The notes beneath the pieces were generated by a model. It was not told the origin of the DNA. It made no database searches and saw only the letters and a program-made list of their open reading frames with translations. Position numbers and translations under genes: made by a program. From an uncultured Acidobacteriota bacterium (GTDB taxonomy: Bacteria; Acidobacteriota; Thermoanaerobaculia; Gp7-AA8), in the NCBI GenBank assembly GCA_963822445.1, contig CAWGHO010000002.1, positions 864,001 through 928,000 of the forward strand: 64,000 nt of DNA, in the 5' to 3' direction. Shown here in pieces: positions 33,108-44,944 of the stretch. The stretch's first letter is position 1; each line of letters starts with the position of its first letter.

Positions 33108-34691
33108 GTGATCCAACGGGCCCTCATCGTCCTCGCCACACTCACCTTCTCTTTCGCCGCAACCGCCGCCGATCTTTCGGCACGCTTCTATCCACCTGAA
33201 GGGGCGGTGGCGCATCCCGGTTCCGAGGGCTGGCTCACGTTGATCGTCGAGAACCGTTCGCCGGAAGAGCGCGCCCGGATCCACGTCCGCATCACCCACG
33301 ATCCTGCCATCCAGGTTCTCGACGTCGGCCACTGGGCGTACCTGTGGGAGTGCGACAAGACGCCGGGGCTGATCGAGTGCAGAAACGCCGACTTCGTGAT
33401 CGGTAGCGACGGCTCGCTGACCCTGCGCGTGCACACTCCCTCGAATCCGGACGGCGGCGATTACCTGTTCAACGCCGAGGTGACTTCGAGTCTCGAAGAC
33501 GCCGACCTGTCGAACAACACCGCCACGACGACGCTGCACGTCATCCGGCAGCACATCGTCTCCAGCACGAATGACTCAGGGCCGGGCTCTTTGCGCAAGG
33601 CCATCGAGGGGGCGAACGGCTGGTGCACGCAGGTGCGGCCCTGCGAGATCAAGTTCCGCTTTCCGGAAGGCTCCATTCCGGTCATTCAGCCGTTGTCTCC
33701 GCTCCCGCCGCTGACCGCGTGTGGAGTACTGGTCGGAAACAGGCCCGCCGGCTACGGCGAGCGCGCATGCATTCAGGTCGAGTTGAACGGCCGGCATGTC
33801 GCCACGGGATCGGGGCTCGAGTTACGTCTCGCCTGTCAGTACCCGGGCATGAGTCTCTTCGGCATGGCCATCAACGGCTTCCCGAAAGACGGAGTCTCGA
33901 TCACCGCGCCCGGTGCGTATGTCCTGAACGGATTCGCGATCGGCACCGACGCCGCGGGCACGCGCGCGATTCCGAACGGCCAGCGCGGAATCGCCATCAA
34001 CGCGAAGGCGATGGTCTCGATCCACGAGTCGCTCATCGGTGGCAACGTACGAAGCGGCATCGCGCTGTTCGAGGGATACGCCAGGGTTTCCAACTCCCGA
34101 ATCGGCATCGGCCACGACGGCCGCGACCTCGGCAACGGCGCGAGCGGCATCTTCGTGGCGCCGTCCGCCTGGGATCTCTGGGTCACTGATTCGATCATCG
34201 CGAATCACCCCGACTTCGGCCTCGCTCTGGCCGGAAGGAGGGTAAACATCTCTCCCACGACCGTGATCAAAGAGAACATCGTCGACGTCGACTGGATGCT
34301 CGATGGCCCGACTCCGAATCGCGACGACGACCAGATTCCGAACACGCCGCGCGTCCTCTCCGCGCGCTTCGACGCTGTCGCAAACGTGACCCGGGTGACG
34401 GTCGCGCTGAACGCGGGCGAGACCGCGCCGACGAACCTGCAGATCCGTCTTTACGCGAGCGATCGCGTGACGATCTTCGGCGCCGCGAATCTCGAGAAAC
34501 TCGCCGCGTCGAAATGGATCGAGTGGAAGAAGCCGATCGCCGAGCCGCTGGCGATCGACGTTCCCGGCGATCTTCGCGGCAAGCACGTCAGCGCGGTCAC
34601 GACCTACTTCACGGTGCAGCACTGGGCAGACGCGCCGAGTCCGGAGATGTACTCGACCTCGGAGACGAGCACCGCGCTGCGCGTCGAGTAG
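33108..34691 (+). CDS. Secreted protein: DUF11-like domain plus right-handed beta-helix
   Basis: Signal peptide; ADLS...D.DLSNN.ATT; V.ST.DSGPGSLR.AI..AN; IGTD..G....N; GN..SGI repeats. Confidence 0.75.
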   Translation: MIQRALIVLATLTFSFAATAADLSARFYPPEGAVAHPGSEGWLTLIVENRSPEERARIHVRITHDPAIQVLDVGHWAYLWECDKTPGLIECRNADFVIGSDGSLTLRVHTPSNPDGGDYLFNAEVTSSLEDADLSNNTATTTLHVIRQHIVSSTNDSGPGSLRKAIEGANGWCTQVRPCEIKFRFPEGSIPVIQPLSPLPPLTACGVLVGNRPAGYGERACIQVELNGRHVATGSGLELRLACQYPGMSLFGMAINGFPKDGVSITAPGAYVLNGFAIGTDAAGTRAIPNGQRGIAINAKAMVSIHESLIGGNVRSGIALFEGYARVSNSRIGIGHDGRDLGNGASGIFVAPSAWDLWVTDSIIANHPDFGLALAGRRVNISPTTVIKENIVDVDWMLDGPTPNRDDDQIPNTPRVLSARFDAVANVTRVTVALNAGETAPTNLQIRLYASDRVTIFGAANLEKLAASKWIEWKKPIAEPLAIDVPGDLRGKHVSAVTTYFTVQHWADAPSPEMYSTSETSTALRVE

Positions 34692-34700
34692 TGCCTGTGC

Positions 34701-37163
<2,463 letters not shown>

Positions 37164-37228
37164 TTCTGCCTCTCGATTCGGGGGGGAACCATACGGCGTT
37201 CTGTGCAATGGCTGTTCCTGCCATCGCG

Positions 37229-37675
37229 CTATTTGAAACGATTCAATTCCTTGACGAATGCATCCACATCTTCGAATCGGCGATACACGGACGCGAACCG
37301 TACATACGCGACCGGATCGAGATCGCGAAGACGATCCATGACCATCGTGCCGAGCCTCTGCGTCGAGATCTCCCGCTCACCCGCATCGGCCATCGATTGC
37401 TCGATCGCGTCGGCGATCGATTCCAGTTCCGCCTGCGGCACCGGTCGTTTGCGACAGGCGACCTGCAATCCCTGCATGAGCTTCGCGCGATCGAAAGCCT
37501 CGCGGCGCTGATCGCGCTTCACGACCTGAAACGTGGGGATCTCGATCTTCTCGTAGCTGGTGAAGCGCCGCTCGCACTTTGCGCATTCGCGCCGCCGGCG
37601 GATGACGTCCCCCTCGCGGCTCTCGCGGGAGTCGACGACCCGGTCTTCGAGATTTGCGCAGAAGGGGCACCGCAT
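37229..37675 (-). CDS. nrdR: Transcriptional repressor NrdR
   Basis: MRCPFC, VVDSR, IRRRREC..C..RFTSYE, ATP cone, VAYVRFASVY. Confidence 0.96.
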   Translation of the reverse strand: MRCPFCANLEDRVVDSRESREGDVIRRRRECAKCERRFTSYEKIEIPTFQVVKRDQRREAFDRAKLMQGLQVACRKRPVPQAELESIADAIEQSMADAGEREISTQRLGTMVMDRLRDLDPVAYVRFASVYRRFEDVDAFVKELNRFK

Positions 37676-37768
37676 CGGGCGCGTTCTATCACGGGTTGCG
37701 CGATCGACGCGGTGCAACACCGGTTACAGGGTGGAACGTGCCGCCCCGACACGCCGTTATCGGGGTGT

Positions 37769-37948
37769 ATGGCACCACCCAAGCGCTCCTTCAATCGCGA
37801 CGTTCACCCACCAGTTCGCGAAACGACGGCCGATCAACGTTCCTCCGAAGACGCCGCAGATCTCGCGACATTCGAAGAGCGTCGTGGCGAGACCGATCTC
37901 GACTTCGAAGAGTTCGTCGGCCACATGAGGCGCACGGGACGGCTTTGA
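37769..37948 (+). pseudogene. Possible antitoxin remnant (59 aa)
   Basis: C-terminus EDAADLATFEERRGETDLDFEEFVGHMRRTGRL resembles CopG/RelB-type antitoxin tails (from memory); no RHH N-terminus and no toxin downstream. Confidence 0.45.
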
Positions 37949-37956
37949 GCCGACTT

Positions 37957-38045
37957 TGGAGTGCGGCGGCTCTGCCGCCGCTTTCAAACGCGCCGGAGGC
38001 GCGCTCCGCGCGCTGACAAAGCGGCGGCAGAGCCGCCGCACTCCA
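37957..38045. repeat. REP family C (GGAG-type) inverted doublet
   Basis: Perfect 28-bp inverted repeat TGGAGTGCGGCGGCTCTGCCGCCGCTTT (37957-37984 / 38018-38045); each arm has an internal hairpin. Confidence 0.85.
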
Positions 38046-39053
38046 TCAATCCGTCGGCTTCACGTCTTTCCAGTGCATCCCTTCCCGCGCGAAGAGAATC
38101 AGCCCCGTCACCAGCACCGGCAGCGTGCCGATGACGTGGAACAGCACCGCCACCGCAACCGACGACTCCACATCGAATCGATAGAAGCGGGTGAGGACGA
38201 GCTGACAGGCTTTGTGGAAGCCGCCGATGCCGCCGGGCGTGGGGATCGCCAGGCCGACCGTCGTGACGCCGGTGACGAAGAAGCTCGAGTCGAACGGCAG
38301 CGGGTGATGCGCGGCCAGCGTCGCGAACCAGAACTGCGACGTCAGGCAGGCCCAGACGCCGGCGGTGCAGAGAAGCACGGTGATGAGCGCGCGCCGATGC
38401 TTCGTCAGCTCGAGCGTGTCGGTGAAGGTGTCGAAGAAGTGCATCCAGGAATCGCGAAAACGGGCCGGCAGCAGACGCCCCAGCGCGGTGTGCATGCGCC
38501 GGACGAAGTTGCGGAAGAAGAAGAGTCCGATGACGAAGGACCAGAGCACGGTCAGGATCAACGCCGAAGCAATCGCCCCGGCACGGACGATGTAAAACCA
38601 GCGGGCCACGGACGGATCATGCGAGAACTCGTTCCAGCGGCGCACGGCGAAGTAGACAAAGAGGATCAGGATGCTGGAGAGATCGAGGATGCGCTCGGTC
38701 ATCATCGTGCCGAGGGCGCCGGAGAAGCGGTGGGTGGTGCGGCGGGCCAGGAGCGCGGGACGGGCCACGTCCGACGCGCGGATGGGGAGGATGGTCGAGA
38801 GCATGTAGCCGACCGTGTTCGCGAAAAAGGTCGCGTAGAACGGCGGTGGATCGTCGGGGTCGAGGATGGTGCGCCAGCGGATGGTCCGCAGGAACAGGGC
38901 CGCGAAGTTCACCAGCAGCCCGACCACCACCCACCACACGTTCGTGCGCTTCAGCAGCGCGCCGACTTCGGAGAGGTTCGCATTTCGCAGGAACAGCCAG
39001 AGGAAAAACACCGTCAGGGCAATCACGACGGCGATTTGTAGAATGCGCTTCAA
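38046..39053 (-). CDS. Lysylphosphatidylglycerol synthase TM / flippase-like membrane protein (UPF0104)
   Basis: Multiple TM helices; LR..RW..IL, LP.R..DVAR, ER..DL, PTPGGIG.F. Confidence 0.85.
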   Translation of the reverse strand: MKRILQIAVVIALTVFFLWLFLRNANLSEVGALLKRTNVWWVVVGLLVNFAALFLRTIRWRTILDPDDPPPFYATFFANTVGYMLSTILPIRASDVARPALLARRTTHRFSGALGTMMTERILDLSSILILFVYFAVRRWNEFSHDPSVARWFYIVRAGAIASALILTVLWSFVIGLFFFRNFVRRMHTALGRLLPARFRDSWMHFFDTFTDTLELTKHRRALITVLLCTAGVWACLTSQFWFATLAAHHPLPFDSSFFVTGVTTVGLAIPTPGGIGGFHKACQLVLTRFYRFDVESSVAVAVLFHVIGTLPVLVTGLILFAREGMHWKDVKPTD

Positions 39054-39079
39054 ACGACCCGAATAGTCTCACACCACCG

Positions 39080-40033
39080 ATGTTGAAGATCTACAGCAAC
39101 TCCCTCTCGTATCGACACGACACCGGCTTCGAGCATCCCGAGCGCCCGGCCCGCATCGATGCCGCCATCGACGGCGTGACCCGCGCCGGCATGGCCGCCC
39201 AGCTCATCAACGACATTCCGCTGCACGCCGATACCGATCGCATCATCGCCAAGGTGCATTCCGAGGATTACGCGCAGGCGCTCGAGCTGTCAGTGCGGGC
39301 CGGCCATCGCTACTTCCACTCGCTCGACAATCCCATCTCTTCGGCGAGCTTTGCCGCGGCGCGCGCGGCGGTCGGCACATCGCTCGCGGCCGTCGCGGAA
39401 GCGAAGCGGTCCTTCGTGATCGCGCGTCCACCCGGCCATCACGCTGAGCGCGTGCAGGCCATGGGCTTCTGCTTCTTCAACACCATCGCCTGCGTTGCCG
39501 AGTATCTCCGCGAGCAGCCCGGCATTGAGCGGGTGTTCATCTTCGACTTCGACGTGCATCACGGCAACGGCACGCAGCACATCTTCGAAGAGCGCGACGA
39601 CGTTTACTACGCGTCGATTCACCGCTATCCGTTCTATCCCGGCACCGGCGCGGCCGTCGAGATCGGCACCGGCAAAGGCCGTGGGTTCACGAAGAACATC
39701 CCCGTGCGCGCTGGCGAGGGGGATGCCGCGTTTCTGCGCGGCACCGAGGATCAGATCGTGCGGATCATCGAGGATTACCAGCCGAGCGCGATCCTGCTCT
39801 CCTCCGGATTCGACGCCCACCGCCTCGACCCCCTCGGCGGCATGACCGTCACCGAGCAGGCCTACGGCGAGATCACGCGCCGGATCGTGGAGTGCGCGGA
39901 GAAATGGTGTGAAGGGCGGGTGTTCTCACTGCTGGAAGGTGGGTACGACCTGGAGGGGCTGGCGGCGAGCGTGGCGGAGCATGTCAACGCTTTGAATTCA
40001 CAATCCGCGAATACAAATCTTCCAACCGCGTAA
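39080..40033 (+). CDS. Histone deacetylase-family Zn-dependent deacylase
   Basis: HPERP.R, RPPGHHA, MGFCFFN, DFDVHHGNGTQ, YPGTG, GFDAH..DPLG, LEGGY; ATG 39080. Confidence 0.93.
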   Translation: MLKIYSNSLSYRHDTGFEHPERPARIDAAIDGVTRAGMAAQLINDIPLHADTDRIIAKVHSEDYAQALELSVRAGHRYFHSLDNPISSASFAAARAAVGTSLAAVAEAKRSFVIARPPGHHAERVQAMGFCFFNTIACVAEYLREQPGIERVFIFDFDVHHGNGTQHIFEERDDVYYASIHRYPFYPGTGAAVEIGTGKGRGFTKNIPVRAGEGDAAFLRGTEDQIVRIIEDYQPSAILLSSGFDAHRLDPLGGMTVTEQAYGEITRRIVECAEKWCEGRVFSLLEGGYDLEGLAASVAEHVNALNSQSANTNLPTA

Positions 40034-41084
40034 TCCGCAACTCCTTCGAGAACCCACTCACCACATGCGCGCGCGCCGCGTCGCCGGTGCGATGGGGATT
40101 GGCGATCACTTCCCGCAACGCGCCGGTCAGCGCGGCGCGGTCCTTCATCGGAATCAGCGTTCCGACATGAGGTGATGAAACCAGTTCGCGATTGCCTCCC
40201 GCGTCCGTCGCGATCACAGGCTTGGCCATGGCCATGGCCTCCCGAATCGTACCGGTAATCCCGGTCCCCGCCCACGATGCATCGACGACCAGATCGCATG
40301 ACGCGAACACATTCGGCATGTCCGTCCGGTACTCGACGGCGGTCACATGCTCGGCGATCCCCACCTCCCGCGCATACGCCATGACCTCGCTCTTTTCCGC
40401 GTCGCCGCGGCAGCCGATGAGCAGCAGATGAACGTTCGGATGATCGGGAACGACGTCGGAGACCGAATCGATCAGCTCCTTCCATCCCTTCCAGTCGCGC
40501 ACGCCGACCTGCGCGACGACGAAGCGATCGTCAGCGATGTTCTTCTCGCGGCGGAACGCCCGCCCATCCCACTTCGCCGGATCGAACAGCGTGACGTCAG
40601 TGCCCGCGTACACGACCTCGACTTTGGAGTCAGGCAGTTTCCCGCTTTCGACGACGACGTCTTTGATCTGCTGGCAAACCGTCACGATGCGATCGACGCC
40701 GTTCGTCCGGTATTTGCCGCGATTCCAACGATCGAGCGGAAAGGAAACGCCGCGATTGACGACGAACGCGCCGACGGGATGCCGCCACGTCGCGGCGAGC
40801 GCGAGCGCGTGAGCAATGCCTTTGTGCACGTGAATGACGTCGGGCCGTTCGTTACGGATGAGCCTGCGCAGGCGCCGGATGGTCGTGAGATCGAACTGGT
40901 GACGGAAGGGAAATCCGTGAAAACCGAGGCCCTTTTCCGCCGCCTTCGCCGCGAGCACGGGATCGGGTTTGCTGATCACCGTCACGTCATGACCGCGCTC
41001 CCGAAGTCCCGCCGCGGCCTGAAACATCTGATGGACGGAGCCGGTGTTGAACTGATTGAACTCGAGGACCTGGAAAATCTTCAT
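39984..41084 (-). CDS. Glycosyltransferase family 4
   Basis: PDVIHVH, GTD...F.P, KG...LI, EAMAM.KPVIATDAGG..E. Confidence 0.88.
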   Translation of the reverse strand: MKIFQVLEFNQFNTGSVHQMFQAAAGLRERGHDVTVISKPDPVLAAKAAEKGLGFHGFPFRHQFDLTTIRRLRRLIRNERPDVIHVHKGIAHALALAATWRHPVGAFVVNRGVSFPLDRWNRGKYRTNGVDRIVTVCQQIKDVVVESGKLPDSKVEVVYAGTDVTLFDPAKWDGRAFRREKNIADDRFVVAQVGVRDWKGWKELIDSVSDVVPDHPNVHLLLIGCRGDAEKSEVMAYAREVGIAEHVTAVEYRTDMPNVFASCDLVVDASWAGTGITGTIREAMAMAKPVIATDAGGNRELVSSPHVGTLIPMKDRAALTGALREVIANPHRTGDAARAHVVSGFSKELRITRLEDLYSRIVNSKR

Positions 41085-41226
41085 CTGAACGGGCCGAGCA
41101 CTCTAACACCGCCGTTTTGATATCGTTCCGCCTCACGCGCTGACATCATCTGAACGCACCGGGACGCATGCTAAGATTCCAAACTCTTGATTACACACGA
41201 CATGTGATTGGTGGCGGGAGGCGGTC

Positions 41227-41724
41227 TTGCCGAAGGATAAGCAGGCGCCGAAGGAACTGAAGGTCACTGACAAACGGATCTTCACGGCCGACGGCGATAT
41301 CCGCGACGAGTTCAAACAAGACATCAACCCTGCGGAGCCGCAGACGACGAGGGCGGCCGAGCCGGAGCCCCCAGCCGCAGCGTCGCCGAAAAAGGAACCG
41401 CCGGTCGAGCGTCGTCAGGAGCAGAAACCGGTGGCCGAGGAGCGGCGGCGGACTCTGGCGGACAAGGCGGCGAACCCGAACAGCCCTTTCACGAACTTCA
41501 TCGAGCCCCTGATCGCCCAGGCCTACATGTCCCTCGGTCTGCTGAGGAACCCGTATCAGCCTCAGGCGAAAATCGACGTCGCCGCCGCGCGGCAGATGAT
41601 CGAGATCCTGACCCTGCTCAAAGAGAAGACCAAGGGGAACCTCGACGCCGACGAAGAAGATTTTCTCGAAACACACCTCGGAGAGTTGAAACTGGCGTTC
41701 GTCCAACGCACGAAGACCATCTGA
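41227..41724 (+). CDS. DUF1844-like protein
   Basis: KVTDKR.F N-terminus; A.MSLG...NP, AARQMIE.L..LKEKTKGNL..DE; TTG start with GGGAGG SD. Confidence 0.8.
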   Translation: MPKDKQAPKELKVTDKRIFTADGDIRDEFKQDINPAEPQTTRAAEPEPPAAASPKKEPPVERRQEQKPVAEERRRTLADKAANPNSPFTNFIEPLIAQAYMSLGLLRNPYQPQAKIDVAAARQMIEILTLLKEKTKGNLDADEEDFLETHLGELKLAFVQRTKTI

Positions 41725-43574
41725 TGAGAATCCGCCAAGCTGCCATCGCGTTCGCTGCCCTCGCGTTTTTCGCGACGGGTCTGCGCGCACAGCAGCAGCA
41801 TCAGATTCCGCCGCGCGACATCTGGCCTCAGGCCGCCGCGGCAGCGCGCGAAGGCGACTTCGAAGGCGCGGCCGCGCGCATGGGCGAGCTCCAGCTGGCC
41901 GGCCGCTCGTACGGCATCAAGACCTTCCCGACGTACGCATCCTCCGCGGTCGGCCTCACCAGCGAGTCCGTCCCGGCGAATCCCGAACTGGCAACCTGGG
42001 CGCGAAAAGCCTCGGCGTTGCTCGACGGCAAGGCACCATCGGTCGCGTTCAACGAGGCTGACATCGCCGCGCGCGGCAACGACTGGGGTCAGGCCGTGCG
42101 CGCCGCGCTGCAGGGCTACGCGCGTGTCGCGGGCAACTACCGCACGAACGTCCTCAGCCGCGCGGATCTGCTGATCGTGGTGGCCATGGCTCTGGCGGTC
42201 ACGGCGATCGTCTTCGGCATCGCGCTCTTCATCCGTTACGGCCGCTCGATGGCTCACGACTTCCGCGAGCTGGTCAGCAAACGGTTCCGCGGCGGATCGG
42301 TTTCCGTGCTCGCGTTCGCGCTGCTGTTCCTCCCGATCTTCCTCTGGCTCGGCCCGATGTGGCTGATCTTCTACTGGTTCGCGATTCTCTTCGGCTACGC
42401 CGGCGTCGGCGAGCGGATAGCAATTGCCATCCTGCTGATCCTCGTCGCGCTGATGCCGGTGGCCATGGATGCGGCCGCGAACTGGATCGCCGGCGTCGAC
42501 AGCCCGGTCGTGCAGGCCGCGATCTCGAGCCGCGATCAGAGCTATCAGCCCGAAGCTCTGCGCAGGCTGCAGGAAGTGCTCGCGGTCATCCCGGAGAACG
42601 CCGCGCTTCACCTGCTGATGGGAAATCTGCAGGCGTTCGAAGGTTCCGAGGATCAGGCGGGGATTCACTACCGCCGTGCGATCGAGTTGCGTGGCAACTA
42701 CGCCGGCGCTCACGTGAACGTCGGCAATCTGCACTTCCTCAACAACGAATTGCCGGCCGCGCTCACCGCTTACGAGACGGCGCAAAAAGCCGACCCGGAC
42801 ATGGCCATCGCCTACTTCAACGCCTCGGTCGCCAACGGAGAGTTGTACCGCTTCGACCAGCAGGCGCAGATGCTCGAGAAGGCGCGTGCGGCCGACCGAT
42901 CGCTCGTCGAGCGCGTCACCCGGACTCCGCCGCTGCAGAAGATCGTGATGTATCGCCCCGATGTCAGCGAGGCGTGGGACATCACCAAAACAATCTCGAA
43001 GAACAAGGCCGCGCGATCGCTGTTCGGCAACTACTCGACGTTCGATCCGATCAACGCCGCCGCGAATCCCGTAACCATCGGCGCGGTGCTCTCGCTGCTG
43101 TTCGCGTTACTCCTCTGGCTGATCCGCCGCCGCGCCGGCTTCGCCAACGCCTGCATCAAGTGCGGCCGCACGTTCTGCTTCCGCTGCAAGTCATCCCGCG
43201 AGAGCACGACCTACTGCACGCAGTGCATCCACATCTACCTCAAGCGCGATGGCGTATCGCTGGACACGAAGCGGAAGAAGCTCGAGGAAGTCAGCAATCA
43301 CTACTCCGCGGTCGTGAAGCGCAATCGCCTCTTCGCCACGTTCCTGCCCGGCTCCGCGCAGATGCTCGAAGGGCGCGTGACGCGGGGGATCATCGGCCTG
43401 TTCCTCTTCGCGTTGTTCGTGGCCATCGCGATTTTCGTCGGGCGCCTCGCGCCGGCGATGGGGCCAGTCGCGCACATCGCGCAGCTCATGGTGCGCGTCG
43501 CGGCCATCGTTCTCGCGGTCATCATCTGGATCACCATGTCCCTGCCCGTGTATCGCCGGAGGGCTGTCGCGTAA
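41724..43574 (+). CDS. Multi-pass membrane protein with TPR domain and Cys-rich Zn finger
   Basis: Signal peptide, about 4 TM, TPR repeats (A..HYRRAIEL, A.VN.GN, AYFN), TM, CIKCGRTFCFRC..CTQC, LPG, two C-terminal TM. Confidence 0.8.
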   Translation: MRIRQAAIAFAALAFFATGLRAQQQHQIPPRDIWPQAAAAAREGDFEGAAARMGELQLAGRSYGIKTFPTYASSAVGLTSESVPANPELATWARKASALLDGKAPSVAFNEADIAARGNDWGQAVRAALQGYARVAGNYRTNVLSRADLLIVVAMALAVTAIVFGIALFIRYGRSMAHDFRELVSKRFRGGSVSVLAFALLFLPIFLWLGPMWLIFYWFAILFGYAGVGERIAIAILLILVALMPVAMDAAANWIAGVDSPVVQAAISSRDQSYQPEALRRLQEVLAVIPENAALHLLMGNLQAFEGSEDQAGIHYRRAIELRGNYAGAHVNVGNLHFLNNELPAALTAYETAQKADPDMAIAYFNASVANGELYRFDQQAQMLEKARAADRSLVERVTRTPPLQKIVMYRPDVSEAWDITKTISKNKAARSLFGNYSTFDPINAAANPVTIGAVLSLLFALLLWLIRRRAGFANACIKCGRTFCFRCKSSRESTTYCTQCIHIYLKRDGVSLDTKRKKLEEVSNHYSAVVKRNRLFATFLPGSAQMLEGRVTRGIIGLFLFALFVAIAIFVGRLAPAMGPVAHIAQLMVRVAAIVLAVIIWITMSLPVYRRRAVA

Positions 43575-43577
43575 GCC

Positions 43578-44870
43578 ATGGCACTCGAAGGCACACTCCG
43601 CGACTTCAGTCTGGCTGACATCTTCCAGCTCATCGGTCTGCAGCGAAAGACCGGCGTGCTGACGCTGCGCAGCAAGGACGACACGGTCACGGTCACCTTC
43701 CTGGACGGCAAAGTCGTCGGCGCGGATTCCCTGAACCGCCGCCTCGAGAATCGCCTGGGCACGGTGCTGATGCGCACCGGTTTCCTGACGCAGGACCAGC
43801 TCAATCGCGCGCTGGAGATCCAGAAAGAGACGCTCCAGCGTCTCGGCTTCATCCTCACGCATTACGGGATCATCTCCGCCGAATCGCTGAAGGAAGCGAT
43901 TCAGCTGCAGATCATGCAGGTCGTCTATCGCCTCTTCCGCTGGAAGGACGGCGACTACCACTTCTCGCAAGAGACGACCATCGAGTACGACCGCGACAAC
44001 GTCACCCCGATCAGCGCCGAATCGATCCTGATGGAAGGCGCGCGGATGATCGACGAATGGCCGATCATCGAGAAGCGGATCCGCTCGTACGACATGGTCT
44101 TCCGCAAGAAGCTGACCGATCAGGAGATCGTGGTCGTCGGCGCGGATGAGGCGGATGAAGTCGACTTCGACGGCATTCCGGCCAAGAAGAAGAGAGGCAG
44201 CAGCCTCACCGAACAGATCCGCATCTCGCAGGAAGAGAAGGCGATCTACGACATGGTCGACGGGACGATGTCGGTCGGGGACATCGTGGAAGTGGCGCGG
44301 CTTTCCGAGTTCGACACGAACAAGGCGCTGTACGAGCTCTTGACCCGCGACCTGATCGAGGAAGTGAAGGGCGGCGGCGCCGCGGCGGTCGTCGAGGCTG
44401 CGACGCCGATGGACGAGATCGAGGTCGCGGAAACGCCGGTTCCGCTGCCGCTCGTGCTCTTCCTGGTGGTGCTCGCTCTGGCGTCGCTGGTGACGTCCTT
44501 CAAGAATCCGCTCAACGGCTTCCGTTCGTTGACCGGTGGCGTGTCGATGATCGCCGAAACGCGAAAAGCCATTTCGTTGCAGCGCATCGAGGCGATCGGC
44601 CAGGGCATCGAGAAGTACAACGTGGTGCACGGCACGCTCCCGCAGCAGCTGACCGATCTCTCGCCGCATTACGTTTCGACGTCGCTGCTGCACGACCCCT
44701 GGGGCAATCCGTACAAGTACCTGAAGCGTCCCGAGCGCTACCTGGTGATCGGCTTCACGAGCGACGGCAAGGCCGATCCGGATCTGTTCCTGTCTCGCGC
44801 GATCGGCGCGCCGTCCGTGGCACCGGTGACGCTGGTGCCGGAGACGGGCGGCATCAGCCTGGTCGAGTAA
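43578..44870 (+). CDS. DUF4388 (PatA-N) + MshEN-like motif + TM + GspG-like C-terminal domain
   Basis: MALEGTLRDFSLADIFQLI....KTG.L; RLG.VL...G.L....L..AL..Q tandem; W..G.Y.F; LMEGAR..DE; TM; LP..L..L....DPWGNPY.Y. Confidence 0.82.
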   Translation: MALEGTLRDFSLADIFQLIGLQRKTGVLTLRSKDDTVTVTFLDGKVVGADSLNRRLENRLGTVLMRTGFLTQDQLNRALEIQKETLQRLGFILTHYGIISAESLKEAIQLQIMQVVYRLFRWKDGDYHFSQETTIEYDRDNVTPISAESILMEGARMIDEWPIIEKRIRSYDMVFRKKLTDQEIVVVGADEADEVDFDGIPAKKKRGSSLTEQIRISQEEKAIYDMVDGTMSVGDIVEVARLSEFDTNKALYELLTRDLIEEVKGGGAAAVVEAATPMDEIEVAETPVPLPLVLFLVVLALASLVTSFKNPLNGFRSLTGGVSMIAETRKAISLQRIEAIGQGIEKYNVVHGTLPQQLTDLSPHYVSTSLLHDPWGNPYKYLKRPERYLVIGFTSDGKADPDLFLSRAIGAPSVAPVTLVPETGGISLVE

Positions 44871-44871
44871 G

Positions 44872-44944
44872 CCCCGTGTAGTGTGGGCCTCTGGCCTACC
44901 TTAACCCCCACCCGAAGTAGGCCGGAGGCCCACACTACACGGGG
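44872..44944. repeat. REP family A inverted doublet
   Basis: GTAGTGTGGGCCTCTGGCCTAC (44878-44899) and GTAGGCCGGAGGCCCACACTAC (44917-44938), with flanks CCCCGT/ACGGGG. Confidence 0.9.

Noticed and set aside
41190-41208. Imperfect palindrome ATTACA-N7-TGTGAT upstream of DUF1844 as a CRP/FNR site
   Set aside because: Half-site orientation and spacing do not fit the CRP or FNR consensus; a single instance is not enough.
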